From the human T2T-CHM13v2.0 reference genome, Homo sapiens, in NCBI RefSeq assembly GCF_009914755.1, contig NC_060925.1: a stretch of DNA of 64,000 nt, one strand, 5' to 3'. The notes below the pieces were generated by a model. It was not told the DNA's origin. It saw nothing but the letters and a program-made list of their open reading frames with translations, and did no database searches. Both the position numbers and the translations under genes were made by a program. Numbering within the stretch: position 1 is the first letter of the stretch; each line of letters begins with the position of its first letter. Of this stretch, positions 36,377 through 54,608 are shown in pieces.

Positions 36377-36689
36377 TTTTTTGTTTATTTATTTGTTTGT
36401 TTGTTTTTGAGACAGAGTCTCATTCTGTCGCCCAGTCTGCAGTGCAGTGACACGATCTTGGCTCACTGCAACCTCTGCCTCCTGAGCTCAAGCAATTCTC
36501 CTGCCTCAGCCTCCTGTGTAGCTGGGATTACAGGTGCCCACCACCACATCTAGCTAATTTTTGTATTTTTAGTAGAAATGGGGTTTCGCCATGTTGGCTA
36601 GGCTGGTCTTGAACTCCTGACCTCAGGTGATCCGCCCACCTCTGCTCCCAAAGTGCTGGGATTACAGGTGTGAGCTACCACGCCTGGCC
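36377..36689 (-). mobile_element. AluSx-like
   Basis: Antisense full dimer with a TTTG/TTTA-degenerate tail. Confidence 0.9.
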
Positions 36690-37766
36690 CCCGTCCACTT
36701 CAAATATAAACTGGATCCATAAAAAATGTCTGGAGTGGTAGAAGTGATTTATTCAGATTAGTGAACTCCTTGACTTAGTTTTTAATGAGCTGCTACAATA
36801 CACCCCACCCCCTCTGCTCTGAAATGCATCTCTGCAGAGTAACTAGCCTAACTCCTTAGGTTTCAGTTTTCTCATCTGTAAATGAGTTGCTGGTTCTCCA
36901 CCAAGATGATCCCCTGCTTTAAAAGAGCACTTATTAAATAGTTATTTTAATTAAAAAGGGATATTTCTAATTGCTAATCAGTACTTCTGTCATGAGATTA
37001 CCAATAATGCCCAACTTGGTGGGATGTAGACACCTGTAGTATTCATCACCATGGGCTGCTTTAAAAAAATTGAATTTCTATCACATCTTTTTAAACATTA
37101 AAAGTGACTGTGAATCTTTATTTCCCAAGCGGACAACACAGGTGAATAGAAAAGAACATGACAGTTAGAGTCAGCTGGATCTGGTTTGGAACCCAGATCC
37201 CATCTGCCCCTTGTTTCATGTGATTATAGGCCATTATGCAGTTACTTACCACCTCTGAGGCTTCACAGACCAACTCTGAGGCTTCTGTAAAACCTTCACT
37301 CTTTACAGAAGAGTTTTCCCTTCCGTAAAATGGGAATAATAGTACTATTTCATGGTATTCTTGTAAGATATGAATATTTATTATTATATTTAGGAAACTA
37401 AGGGAAATCAATAATTTTGTGTTTAAAAACTAGTAAAACTAGTAAAACTGATGACTGATTATTGCTCAGCTCTAAAATTTTTATCATATTGTGATTACTG
37501 TTTGAAGCATATGTTAGGAGAAGTCTAGGTGGTTAACTTTACTTGACAAGTGTGTTAATAAGGACAACATCTAGAATTGAACTTTGACAATACTCAGTGG
37601 TTTTTAACATAGAAACATCTGTTCTAAAAACTTCCAGCTGCCAAGGAAATGTTTGTTTTGAGTCATTGTCATTAGGTAGATTATCCCAGAGACTGAAATG
37701 ATCCAAGGGCAAATCCAACTCTGTCAATAAAAACTGATCATTTCAACTCCATTCCACTAGACTTTA

Positions 37767-38096
<330 letters not shown>

Positions 38097-38737
38097 AAAG
38101 TGTTTGGGATATGGAAGGTCATAGTGATGTTCCATGCGTATGTATTGAATAGATGAATGAATGCATGAATTCATGAATGAATGAATGGATAAATGGATAT
38201 CTAACTGAAGGTAGATATAACTCCTCCCTCACCCCCAGTTCCTATATATAATTGACTGACTATATTCCTACCTGGCACCTATACACTAGACTGCATTTTG
38301 CACATGTATCTATATATGTGATGTGTTGTTACCCTAACTGGCTTGCAAATTCCTTCAACACAAGGAGAGTGTGATCTGAGCCTTTGTGTGCCTCACAGTC
38401 CCAGCACAGCACCTTGCACAGAGGAGGGCTTAGATTCTGAAGTTGAGAAAGCCTCCTTTGGAAGCCAAGAGCAGCACATTATTATTGGCATTGCAGTAAA
38501 TGTAATGTAGAGTTCTAAAAAGATTGAATACATCTCCTGAAACATCTAATTTACTTCCCAGAGGAAACTAACAAGAGGAATAATCCCACTCTGAGTCTTC
38601 TCATTCTCATAAATAGCTTTTATCCATAAATGGCATCCCTATGGCTCCATGGTTGTTGGTATTTTCTGGTAATTGGTACCTGTGAATGTGAGCGAGCACT
38701 GTGGGTTCACACTCTATTATTCAGTGTCACTTTTCAC

Positions 38738-38787
38738 CACACACACACACACACATACACACACACATATAGACACACACACACACA
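38738..38787. repeat. Interrupted (CA)n microsatellite
   Basis: Direct reading of the sequence. Confidence 0.93.
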
Positions 38788-39821
38788 ACTTCTTTTAAAA
38801 TGCTCTTTTTCCCCCAAACAAAATCACCCCTCCCTTCTTTTTCTGCGGACCCCATTGTCTTATTTTGTATGGAGATACAAGACCTTTCTTAATGCCTCCT
38901 TTTACACAATAACTGTGGGTAGGAACTATTCAGAAAACCAATACTTCAACCTGATCTTCAATTGCTTAATAAATACCCCATGTCCCACTCCCGTTTTGCA
39001 TCTCCACCTCCTCTGTAGATCTTCATTTCACCTTTTCTTTTACATTCCACAGACATTTCAGTCATTAGGCTTATTCAGTCACAGCTTTATGTCTTGCTAG
39101 CTGTGTAAATAAATGTGGGGAAATTACTTTTCTCATTTCTTGCAAAGAATAAATAATACCAGTCTTATGGGTTGTGATCATTAAACAAAATAAAAAATGC
39201 CTAGCACAGTGCCTGACACAAAGTGAATACTCAACAAATATGGCATGTTATAGGGGAGGAGGATTCTGTTCCCAGAGAGCAAAACAAAACAAAACAAAAC
39301 AAACCATAAAACCCCTAATTATAGTCTCTCTTATAAAATTGCCTCTTTGAACCCAGGCAACCTGGAAGGGCAGGTAAGAAACTTTACAGGTTTCCAGAGG
39401 CCTCTAGTGGGAGGCAATCAACAGTTTGAAGTAGCCAGCCAGCCCCCTGTTTCTCAGGCTTGAAAGAAGCTGCAGCAGAGAGCTGGGAAGCCTCCAGTGT
39501 TTAAGCCTTTGAGATCACCTGTGCTGGGTTCCTCCACCAGAGGTGGGGAAAAGGGCTTTTTCTTTTTGCCAGTTTTCATGGTATAAGCCAAATAGGGGCT
39601 GAGCTGACTGCTCCTTCATGTCATGATGGCTCTTCTTCCCCGTCTCCCCATGAACTTTCTCATGCTGACAAGTTCCTCGATATCTGCTTCTCTCCGCGCA
39701 GAGTGGCAATAGGTGGAAAACCCGGGAAGGCCCAGAAACACCTGCCCCGGACAGTGATTCCTGTGATATGCAGACAACACCCAGTACCGTGGCAGACTTG
39801 GCACACAAATTTTTGTAATGA

Positions 39822-40200
<379 letters not shown>

Positions 40201-40654
40201 TCAGGAAGAGAAGCTGAGGCTTAACCTCAGCATTAACCTAGATGTGTTAAGAATAGACGCTGACTCAAGCCAAAGCCCAATCTTTATCCCCATTGCAGAT
40301 TAGCTCAAAATCATCACTAAGTAGCTCAGCATGAAGGACAATGTACCATAAAAACAGCTTAGGATGCCTATATGTAACATGGAAAAGCAAAGGTTGCATG
40401 AGGATAATATATATGAAAATCAAGGACCTCTCCTACTTTGCATTAGTGAAAAGAAACTGGAATGGCTGGGAGTGAGGGAGGACATCATTCCTCAAACATC
40501 AAATACAGTGGCAGTTAATAGCTCCTATGAATAATGCCAATAATTATAGCAATAACAAGAATGAGAACTTATGTTGACTACTTTCTATGTACCAAGCACT
40601 CTTCTAAATGCTTTCCCTATGTTATCTCCATTAATCCATACAACAATCCTGTAA

Positions 40655-41052
<398 letters not shown>

Positions 41053-41859
41053 TGACAGGCATTGTTTTAATGTTTTCTGCCTGCTCCTCTGTTCATGTGT
41101 TCAACTCTGTTCTCTTCCTCAGTACCTAACTCCCACTCAGAGCAAACTCCCTCCCATTAAGCCTTAAATTTTTATAATCTGTCTTTGCTGGTATTTGCTG
41201 CTAAGGGCTTTTCCAATTTGAAGATCAATTTTCAAGTCAAATGACTCATGAGAGTAATTGTTAACCATAATGCTAGAGTGTTTTGAGGACATTCTTAATA
41301 TACATTAGCAAAAGACATGTAATACATAAAATTGATTTTGTCTTAGGTAATCTGCAAATTGAGTCTTATAATATTTCTGTTTGTTTAATTTGTTGTTATG
41401 ATATGAATCCCCAGTGAAGACCCTCTTCGCCCGAGTTTGAGTTGTTTTGTGAATACTATTCATCTTAAGACAACAATGTATGAGGGCAAACATTTTCCTA
41501 TTTCTGTTATATGTTGCTGTAGTTTGGCTCATCTGACCCCTCCAAATCTCACATGGAAATCTGATCCCCAAGGTTGGAGGTGAGGCCTAATGGGAGGTGT
41601 TAGGATCATAGAGGTGGATTCTTCATGAGTAGATTAATGCCCTTCCTGGGAGTGGGTGGTGAGTGAGTTCTCACTCTGTTAGTTCCCAGGAGAGCTGGGT
41701 GTTACTTCCTCGCTCACCACATGATCTCTGTAGATGCCAGCTCTCCTTTGCCTTCCCCCGTAAGTGGAAACAGTCTGGGGCTGCCACTAGATGCCCAATC
41801 TTCCAGCCAGTAGAATTATGAGCCAAATAAACGTTTTTTCTTTATAAATTACCCAGTCT

Positions 41860-43137
41860 ACCTACAGAATGGGAGGAAATTTTTGCAAACTATGTATCTC
41901 ACAAAGGTCGACTATTCAGCATCTATAAGGAACTTAAACAAATTTACAAGAAAAAAAACCTCGTTAAAAAAAGTGGGCAAAGGACATGAACAGACAATTT
42001 TCAAAAGGAGACATATATGCGGCCAACAAACATATGAAAGGAAGCTCAACATCACTGATCATTAGAGAAATGAAAACTACAATGAGATACCATCTCACAC
42101 CAGTCAGAATGGCTATTATTAAAAACCAAAAAGCCCGGGTGCAGTGGCTCATGCCTGTAATCCCAGCACTTTGGGAGGCCGAGGCGGGTGGATCATGAGG
42201 TCAGGAGTTCGAGACCAGCCTGGCCAAGATGGGGAAACCCCGTCTCTACTAAAAAATACAAAAATTAGCCAGGTGTGGTGGCAGGCACCTGTAATCCCAG
42301 CTACTCAGGAGGCTGAGGCAGGAGAATTGCTTGAACCCGGGAGGTGGGGTTGTGGTGAGCCAAGATCATGCCACTGCACTATAGCCTGGGTGACAGAGCA
42401 AGACTCCATCTCAAAGCCAACAACAACAACAAAAAAAACACAGATGCTGGCGAGGTTGCAGAGTAAAAGGAGTGTTTATACACTGTTGGTGGGAATGTAA
42501 ATTAGTTCAACCATCGTGGAAGACAGTGTGGTGATTCCTCAAAGATCTAAAGACAGAATTTCCATTTGACTCAGTAATCCCATTACTGGGTATATGCCCA
42601 AAAGAATATAATCATTCTATCATAAAGACACATGCACATGTATGTTCATTGCAGCACTATTCACAATAGCAAAGACATGGAAACAACCCAAATGCCCATC
42701 AGTGGTGGACTAGATAAACTGTGGTGCATATATACCATGGAATACTATGCAGCCATAACAAAGAACAAGATCATATCCTTTGCAGGAACATGGATGGAGT
42801 TGGTGGCCATTATCATTTGCAAACTAATGCAGGAACAGAAAGCCAAATAAATACTGCATGTTCTTACTTACAAGTGGGAGCTAAATGATGAGAACACATG
42901 GACACATAGAGAGGAACAACACATACTGGGGCCTATCAGAGGTGGAGGGTGGGTGGAGGGAGAGGATCAGGAAAAGTAACTAACGGGTACTGGGCTTAAT
43001 ACCTGGGTGATGAAATAATCTGTACAACAAAGCCCCATGACATGAGTTTACCTGTGTAACAAACCTGCACAGGTACCCCCTGAACTTAAAATAAAAGTTA
43101 AATTAAAAAGAGTAACACTAAATATAAATAAACAAAA
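41860..43137 (+). mobile_element. 5'-truncated L1PA (older primate subfamily), end of ORF2 plus 3' UTR
   Basis: ORF2 C-terminal remnants ([14 protein letters not shown]; YTMEYYAAI) and an L1PA 3' end. 16-bp TSD ATAAATTACCCAGTCT at 41844-41859 and 43138-43153. Confidence 0.9.
42133..42438 (+). mobile_element. AluS (Sg-like) inserted in the L1PA
   Basis: Alu dimer. L1 sequence resumes at CAGATGCTGGCGAGGTTG. Confidence 0.9.
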
Positions 43138-43430
43138 ATAAATTACCCAGTCTCATTTACTCCTTTACAGCCAAATGAATGGCCTTGAACATATGTCCTA
43201 TCTGATACCTGAAGCATGAATGATTTGATGAAGCTTTCTTTCATTTATTCCATAAATATTTATTATGTGTTGACCATATGCCAGGTATCTGGCAAGTGCT
43301 GGGACACAAATGCAAAAATGACAGATATCTTTTACTCTCACAAAGTTTATAATCTCATGTAGATGAAAGGGTATTGGTGATACAATGACTCTATTAGCTG
43401 AGAGGGCAAGTCTTAAAGAATGACTGCTGT

Positions 43431-44615
<1,185 letters not shown>

Positions 44616-44866
44616 TCACCTGGCTTTGCCACTTACTAGCTGTGTGCATGGGCCAGTTAGGTTAAATGTTTTGTACCTCAGTTTTCTCATCTGTAAATGA
44701 GATTGTAATGAATATTAAGAGGGTTTATTTGTATAAAGTGTTTAAAACAGTGCCTGACACATAGTAAGTTTAATATAAGTAAGTAGTCACTAAAAAAGGA
44801 GAGAAAAAAGTGAGTTTTTTCCTCTTCTGCCAATCCCGCAAGGGTACCTTGGTTTCTGTCCACTTT

Positions 44867-44929
44867 TGAAATTATTTTATTATTATTTGTATTTTACTTT
44901 AAGTTCTGGGGTGCATGTGCAGAACAGCG
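44867..44929 (-). mobile_element. Ultra-short 5'-truncated L1PA insertion (63 bp)
   Basis: Minus strand reads GTTCTGCACATGCACCCCAGAACTTAAAGTA plus an A-rich tail. 13-bp TSD TTCTGTCCACTTT at 44854-44866 and 44930-44942. Confidence 0.82.
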
Positions 44930-45263
44930 TTCTGTCCACTTTAAACATTTTAATAACCCACCCCAAGCACCACATGTTGTTTGACATATATCCATTAGTT
45001 ATTATTAATGTCCATTATAAATTTATTGGACATCTCCTATATGCCAGGTGCTGTTACTCAATTATGAGAGGCAGTATGAGAAGCAAGGATTTAGGATCAA
45101 ACAGATGTTGGTGGAATTCTGCCTTAACCATCATCTAGCTCTGAGACTTCAGGAAAGTAACTTAACCTCTCAGAGCCTCAGCTAAGTCACCTGTGAAATG
45201 GAGATGATGTTATCTTCACAAAATCTGTGATGAGGATCAAATATATTCAATATATAAAGAGTT

Positions 45264-45723
<460 letters not shown>

Positions 45724-46836
45724 TTATTTAGTTAGAAAAGTGAGGTTCAATGCCCTCAACCCCTGCCCTCTCATCCTGCCTTGGTCAGAGACTCTTTCTC
45801 CTCTGCGCCACATTCCCGTCAACTCCAGTTTCCTCTAATCGCTATCAACAATGTTTTCATTGAACCTTGCTCTTAGTAAGCTGTCTGTTGGAAAAATATT
45901 AAGACTCCTGGATTGCTTGTTGAAACTCTGTCTTTCAAATATTTCACATACTTTGAGATTCTTTTGATCCTTCTACCCCATAACCTGACACAGTGTCTCC
46001 CTTGGTGAACCCTTGTACAACTAACATTCTATGTCTATTATGTCCCTTCACACATATTGCCCCAGATTATAGTTATTTGGGCACTTGTCATATCTACTTC
46101 AGTGTATTATATATTTTTTAAGGTCAAAGGACTGTGTTTTACTCAGAAGTCTTTTTATTTAATTCTAGTAGAATCCCAGTGGCTCTTCCAGGTCTTGGCT
46201 TCTAAGCTTTCATGCTTCTTCATCTTTTTCTCTCAATAGACGTTCTATTTTATGGGACAAGGAGAGGTGGGGGCCATTAAGTATAAACATTCTCAGCCTC
46301 CAAACTGATAAGTATCTTCTCTGCCTTGTCTCCAAGGAAGCAATGAACCACTTCTTGGACAAAGTTCTCAGACCCATTTTAGAGAGTTGGTCAGTACAGC
46401 TTAATGGTGAAGATCATATTCTCTGCAACCAGACTGCCTGAGTTTGAACTTCTGGCTCTGCAATTTACAGTACCGGCTATGTAACCTTGAGCAAGTTACT
46501 AAGCCTGTCTGTACCTTGATTTCCTCCTGTGACAAATGAAGACAATAGCAATTGTCCCTGCCTCCAGGATGATAGCAAGGATTAAATGAGTCAGTGAGTG
46601 AAAACTACTCACTACAGAGCGTGCTTAGCACATGGCACGAATGTAGTAATGGTTAGTTGTTATTATTAATTACCTCCCGTCACCTTCTATGATATCTTTA
46701 GAGATCTTTTTTCAAACCTTTCCTCAATCTTACTCTGGAGTGTTCCTCATCCTAAAAAAAGATCTTTCCCTTAACTCTACGGCTCCTTAACCCTTTGCCT
46801 TCTTGGGCTTCTTTCCTCTACCGTAAGACTTCTAGG

Positions 46837-47173
<337 letters not shown>

Positions 47174-50100
47174 CTATTTGCTGGCTTTATAATCTCACTT
47201 CCCATTCCCTCTCTGGCCATCTGCAGAAAATCTAGATTCCACAGCCAGCATTCTACTGACTGCTCTGATGAATCTCATGGAGTGACCTTGGTGCTTATCC
47301 TACTAGAGGTCTCTGAAATGTAACCTTCCTCCCTCCAGAAAAGTCTCTCCTCACCTCCTCAGCTTCAGTAACTTTTTTCTCTCAGTTCCCCTTCTACTTC
47401 TCTTAACATCTCCTTCTCTCTCTTTTGCTGGCTCCATTTTCTCTACCAACTCCCTGAGAGTTAATACTGTATTTTGGAGTATTCTCTCCTTTACCTCTTC
47501 TTTTCATAGGGTCTGTGGGCAAATCTTTATCTATAGCCCTGACCCCTTGTCTGAACTTTAAACTCATATAACCAACTGCTTCCTAGACTTCTCTGCCTAG
47601 ATAAACCACATGCACCTCCAAATCAACCAGACACCTTCCCTATCTCAGAGTTTTCCTGACTCTCCAACTAGCCACCCGACTTACATATCTCAAGGTCATC
47701 CTAGATTCATTACCTACACATGCAGTTATCTTGACCAGACCGTACCTCCCTTATTCATAGTGAGCTGGCATCTCTTCTCCATCCTCACTGATCTGCAAGT
47801 CTAGACCCCTATAATATCTCCAGTTTAGACTATTGAAGACCTTCACTATCAGGCCTCCAATCTCTGGTTTCTTATGATAGATAATATAGTTTGCAAACTG
47901 TTTTCAGAGTGTGGTCATTACAAAACACTGATCTGTTTTTCTCTGTTCTGAATAGAGGCTGGCAGTATCGTCTGATTGCCTATAAATAAAGCCTATCTTT
48001 TTAAGCTCGTATCTAGCAAAATCTCACAGAGTACTCTAAGATCTAGTTACTTTAGATTATCTTTTTTTCCCCGATTCATCAATGTGGGACCTCGTACTTT
48101 GTGGTGTGTAACTCACAGCCAAGCTCAGATCTTTCCCCTTGTAACATAATCGTTGGGACAGATCAGTTCATTCCTAAAGTGGTACCACCAAGCTGTGATC
48201 CCATGGTATTCCTCCTCTTGTATTACCTGTTTTAAACTGCTGGCCATCCAGAGGCCCAAGATGAAAACCCAGAAATCATCCTAGACTTTTAAGTTAATGT
48301 AGTCAACAGGTAATGAACATATTATTTGTCAGGTGTCATAAATAATATGGCATAATAATAAGACCAAACACATACATGCTAAGTGATGGGCACTTTTGAA
48401 GTGAGATAAACAGACAAGTAGACAGAAGAAATATATTAATATATAACACTTAGAAGCAAAATAGGAATAGTATGCATCTCAAATACTTGTGAGGATTAAA
48501 TGTTCTAAATAAACTCATATATATCACTTAGAACATTTTATCTTCACCACAACCATTTGAGATCCATACTATTATTATTCTATTTTACATACTGGAGAAA
48601 CGTTGGCTCAGAGAGGATTAGTAACTTACTCAAGATCACATAACTAATAAACACTGGAGCTAGGCTTTGAATCCAATCAGTGTGGTATCAAAGTCCATGC
48701 ACTTAACAGTTACTCTCTTCTGTCTTTGATTCTAATAACAGTAACGGTAATATTCCTTTAGTTTTTCTATGTACCAGGCACTGCTCTGAATATATTACGT
48801 GTTTTACTTCATTTAATCTTCCCAATACTTGCTGTGAGGTAGGCAATACTTTTCTCCTTGATTATCTTTGCAAATGAACTTTGCTTAAATAAACCCAAAT
48901 AAAAATTCAAACGTTTTCTCAGAGAAACCTGGAAGTGAATATTCACTACAAAAGAGTATGTATGTACTCTTCTAAGAAACTTGTTTCAGAATTCCTTGAA
49001 ATTCTAGATTCCTCAGACTATTTAATACAAATTTGAAGGCATGTTTTCAGTATGAGAGTGAAAGTGTCTCTATTGAATAATATACCATTTACCCATTCAG
49101 CAAATGTTTATTGAGCACCTAATATGTGCAAGACACTAGATACATCAGAGAATGTTTCCACCCTGAAGGACATAAAAGTCTAGAAAAGGGGTTAAAAAGC
49201 AAGAAGCACAATAATGGGACAGGTAGAATTGCATAGAGGTTAAGAGAACAGATGCTAGAGCCACACAGACTTTGTCCAAAGCCTGGCTTTGCTGTTTACT
49301 TCACGTGTGACTTTAGGAAATGCATTTAAACAATTTATGCCTCTTTTTTTCATAGTATGAACATTATATGATTGCTGTTAGGATTTCAAGTCTATATATA
49401 TAATATATATGTTATATATAATATATATACATATGAAGAACTTAGATCAGTGCCTGGGACGTGGTAACATTAAGGGGCAGCTATGGTTAGCAGTACTAGA
49501 AGTCATCCTCATATTTCCACATGAGGCAACATTGGTATTGAAAGTAGGAACAAGGAAAGAGTGGCTTATTTTATATTACAGGAGAGGAAAGAGTTCAGAT
49601 AAATCTTTAGAGTTCTAGATAAGTTTTGAAATATGAGTAGGTGTTCTCCAGATAGACAAAAAGGAAAAATCTAAACAAGCAAGGGGCAAAATCAGGGAGC
49701 AGTAACTCCTAAAGACCATACGTCTAGCTGAAGAGTTAGCACACACCTTTGTGTCTCCAGCATATTGCTTTGGAGATCTACAGTGATGTGAGATAGGAAC
49801 ACAACGAGGGTGGAGAGATGATGTTCTCATTAAGATTAAGCCATGTTTATTACTGAACTGGGAAGAATGATGCCTTCTATATTTGTATAGCACCAATTTT
49901 AAGATGCTATCTTAGTAATATTTACAACCTTGGAGATCTGGCTATTTATAATTATCACCATTTTCCGTGAGGGAATCCAGAAGTAGAAGCATCCAAAGTT
50001 GTTCAAACAATTATCAGTAGATCTAGAAAGCAGACCCTAATTTATAGCTCACTGAAGTGCTCAAAATAACAAGATTATACTAATTCTACACTCTCCCACC

Positions 50101-50394
50101 ATTTCTCTTCTTATCTTTAGAAAAATACAGCAAAATGCAACAGCTGAAAAAGCTAAGGTAGAGTTAAAATACAATCAGAAATAGTAATGGGCCATGCAGA
50201 AAATGATGAATAAACTATGAGACAGGTTTGTGGTGAAGAGTAGAATGGATGTGTTAGGAGTAATTTGAGCTGTTTGCTAGAAGAAAACAATTAATTGGTT
50301 GCTATATAACTTACATACAGTAAAGTACACAAATCATAGGAGCACACATTGATGAATTTTTACATATGAATACCGTATTAGTTTGCTAGGGCTG

Positions 50395-51264
<870 letters not shown>

Positions 51265-51488
51265 GGCCACAATAACAAAACATCACAGACTGGGAGACTT
51301 AAACAATGCAAATTTATTTTCTCACAGTTCTGGAGGCTGGAGGTCCAAGAACAAGGTGTCAGCGGGGTTGGCACCTTGGATTCCTGAGGCCTCTCTCCTC
51401 AGCCTGCAGATGACCACCCTCTTGCTGTCTCTTCACAGGGTCTTTCCTTTGGGTGTGTGCTGTACCCCTGATGTCTTCTCCCTGCTCC

Positions 51489-51601
51489 TTTTTTTTGAGA
51501 TGGGCTCTTGCAATGTTACCCAGGTTTCATGGACTCCAGCGATCCTCCTGCTCCAGGTTCTGAAATAGCTGGGTTTACAGGTACATGCAACTGTGCCTGG
51601 C
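51489..51601 (-). mobile_element. Old Alu monomer (FLAM/FAM-like)
   Basis: T-run followed by GAGATGGG..., GATCCTCCTG, AGCTGGGTTTACAGG. About 110 bp, diverged. Confidence 0.65.
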
Positions 51602-51779
51602 TTCCTCTTCTTCTTATAAGGGTGCCAGTCATATTGGACTATGGCCGTATTCTAAAGGCCTCTTTTAACTTAATCACCTCTTTAAAGACCTTGTATTCAA
51701 ACATGGTCACATTCTTTAGTACTGGGAGTTGGGATTTCAACATATAAATTGGGGGAGGGGCACAATTCAGCCCAGAACA

Positions 51780-53420
51780 AATAAATATATTAGATATGGA
51801 ACCACCCAGATCAAGATACAAAACATTTCTACCATCTCGAAGGGCTTTTCTGTGCTCACTCCTAGTTGATTATTCCTTCTTAATCCTAAAGTTGTGTGAA
51901 CTTTTTTCACATTTCTCACCATCGATCTGTTTTTCTTCTTTTTGAGCTTCATAATATGTATTTGTATTCTTTCATAACTAGCATTTGCTGCCTAACATGA
52001 TGTCTGTGATACTTATCTTTGTTATTGCATGTAGCAGTATTTTGCTTATTTCATTTCGTTGTGTAAATATTATCACAGTTTATATGACATTTGAGTTTCT
52101 TCCAGTTTTTGCTATTATGAATAAAGCTACTGTAAGCATTGTTGTATTTGTCTTTTGGTTGACATGACTATTCCATTGTGTTAAATATCTATGCAAAAGA
52201 AGAATTGCTGGGCTACAGAAATATGGGTGTATTTAATGTTACTGTACTGTAATAATTTTCCAAAGTAGATATGCCAACATACATTTACACTAGCAAATCA
52301 AGTTCCAATTGTTCCACATCTTCATCAACACTTAGCAGTGTCAGTCTTTTTAATTTTAGCCATTCTGGTGGGGATATATGGGTATATGATTAGAGTTTCA
52401 ATATGTATTCTGTGATGACTATGCTGTTGCCTTTTGTTCATTGAGATATCCTCTTTTGTAAAATGTCTGTCCAAGTCTTTTTTCTATTTTTTAAATTGAT
52501 CACCATTTTTGTCTTTACTTATTTGTAGAAGTTCTTTATATATTCTGGACGCAGATACTTTTTCAAGATTTGTATTGAAAATATCATCTCTTGGTCTGTG
52601 ATCTGTCTTTTCCGTTTTTGTTTTTTTTTTTAATGGTGTTTTTCAGGAACAGGCATCAAGATTGCAAGTTTATTGAGCTTACAATCAATAAACATGTGAT
52701 TTCTTCCATTTGATTTAAAAGGGTCTTTTAGAAATTTTTCTTGGCCATATTTTATCTTTTCTTTTTTGAGACAAGGTCTCACTCTGTCACCCAGGCTGGA
52801 GTGAAGTGGCACAATCATAGCTCTCTGCAGTCACAATCTCCTGGGCTCAGGTGATTACCTTGCCTAAGCCTACCCTGTAGCTAGGAATTCAGGTATGAGC
52901 CACCACTCCCAGCTAACTTAAAAAATATATATATATTATTTTTTTTGAGGTGGGGTCTGGCTGTGTTGCCCAGGCTGGTCTCGAAATTCTGACCTCAAGT
53001 GATACTCCTGCCTCAGCCTCCCAAAGTGCTGGAATTACAGTCATGAGATGCTGCACCCAGCCTATATTTTATTATTTTTAAGGAAGAGATATTGTACTAC
53101 TTTTATTACTTTTATACCCAAACACAGAAAATTCCAGTGCTATTATAAAAAGTATTAAATTTTTTTTATTTTCTAGTTGTGTAGTACATATAAATAAAAT
53201 TGATTTTCTATATCAACCTTCTATCCACTGACCTTACAAAATAAATGTATTCTTATAATTTGTTTGTAGATTTTTTCAATTTTTTTACATAAACAATCAT
53301 GTCATATATGAACAATAATAATTTTACTTCTGTTTCCAAACTTTATAGCTTTCATTTTGTTTGCTTGCTTTATTGTATTGGTGAATTTCTCTAGTACAAT
53401 CTAGAATTGAAATCACCATT
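51780..53420 (-). mobile_element. Old L1M 3' region (also ~50295-50373), interrupted by an AluJ
   Basis: Antisense L1 motifs (GCTATTATGAATAAAGCTAC; TTTTAATTTTAGCCATTCTGGTGGG; AGTTCTTTATATATTCTGGA). Confidence 0.65.
52755..53062 (-). mobile_element. AluJ-like
   Basis: Diverged antisense Alu (ATCATAGCTC, CTGGGCTCA). Confidence 0.85.
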
Positions 53421-53602
53421 ATTATTTGATATTTATTTTGGAGATGCTAGCCATTGCAACTGAAGAAGAGAATAAAAAGAGAAACAAGAAGGAAACAAAC
53501 TTAGAATTATGTGTGATTGATACAATTATAAATCTAAAAATTCAAATAAAAATAATTCAAGCAATAATAAAGCTAATCACAATAATTAAAAGTCAATTAC
53601 TT

Positions 53603-53917
<315 letters not shown>

Positions 53918-54090
53918 TTACTTTAGAATAATGATTATCTGCTAGAAAGTAGAATGGAGAAGAATATCTCATTCACAATAACTATTCTAGGAATGAATCT
54001 AATAAGAAAGCATGAAAATTTAAAATTTCACTGAGTCAAAATTTTTAAAAATGAGTTAAATGAAAAGACATCTTTTGTTTGGATAGATGA

Positions 54091-54167
<77 letters not shown>

Positions 54168-54217
54168 ATCTATCATCTATCTATCTATATCTGTCTATCT
54201 ACCTACCTACCTATCTA
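54091..54217. repeat. Complex (TCTA)n/(CCTA)n tetranucleotide microsatellite
   Basis: Direct reading of the sequence. Confidence 0.95.
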
Positions 54218-54309
54218 TTTTTTAGTGGGATTAAGTGGTTTATTCAAAGTTATCTGATTAGTAACATTTTTCTAAAGTTTATGTTCCTATGTTACTTCTC
54301 TGCATACAA

Positions 54310-54608
54310 TTTTTTTTTTTACTTTAAGTTCTGGGGTACACGTGCAAAATGTGCAGTTTTGTTACATAGGTATACACGTGCTATGGTGGTTTGCTGCACC
54401 TATCAACCCGTCATCTACGTTAGGCATTTCTTCTAATGCTATCCCTCCCCTAGCCCCCCACCCCCCAACAGGCCCAGATGTCTGGATGTGTGGTGTTCCC
54501 TTCCCTTGTGTCCATGTGTTCTCCTTGTTCAACTCCCACTTATGAGTGAGAACATGCAGTGTTTGATTTTCTGTTCTTGTGATAATTTGCTGAGAATGAT
54601 GGTTTCCA
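54310..54608 (-). mobile_element. 5'-truncated L1PA (PA7/PA8-like) 3' UTR with T11 tail; part of a larger insertion with a 3' transduction
   Basis: TTTAAGTTCTGGGGTACACGTGCA...CCCACTTATGAGTGAGAACATG...GAATGATGGTTTCCA is the antisense L1PA 3' end. Confidence 0.9.

Larger units (their letters stand above)
41515..43191 (+). mobile_element. MST-family MaLR solo LTR interrupted by an L1
   Basis: TG...CA termini with a perfect 5-bp TSD TATGT (41510-41514 and 43192-43196). MST-like CCCCTCCAAATCTCA...GTTGGAGGTG. Confidence 0.82.

Noticed and set aside
38630-39100. 156-aa ATG ORF containing HTHTHT
   Set aside because: Runs through a (CA)n microsatellite; no splice or homology support.
41883-42850. 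ORFs resembling reverse-transcriptase-protein C-terminal sequence
   Set aside because: Broken L1 ORF2 remnants of a 5'-truncated element.
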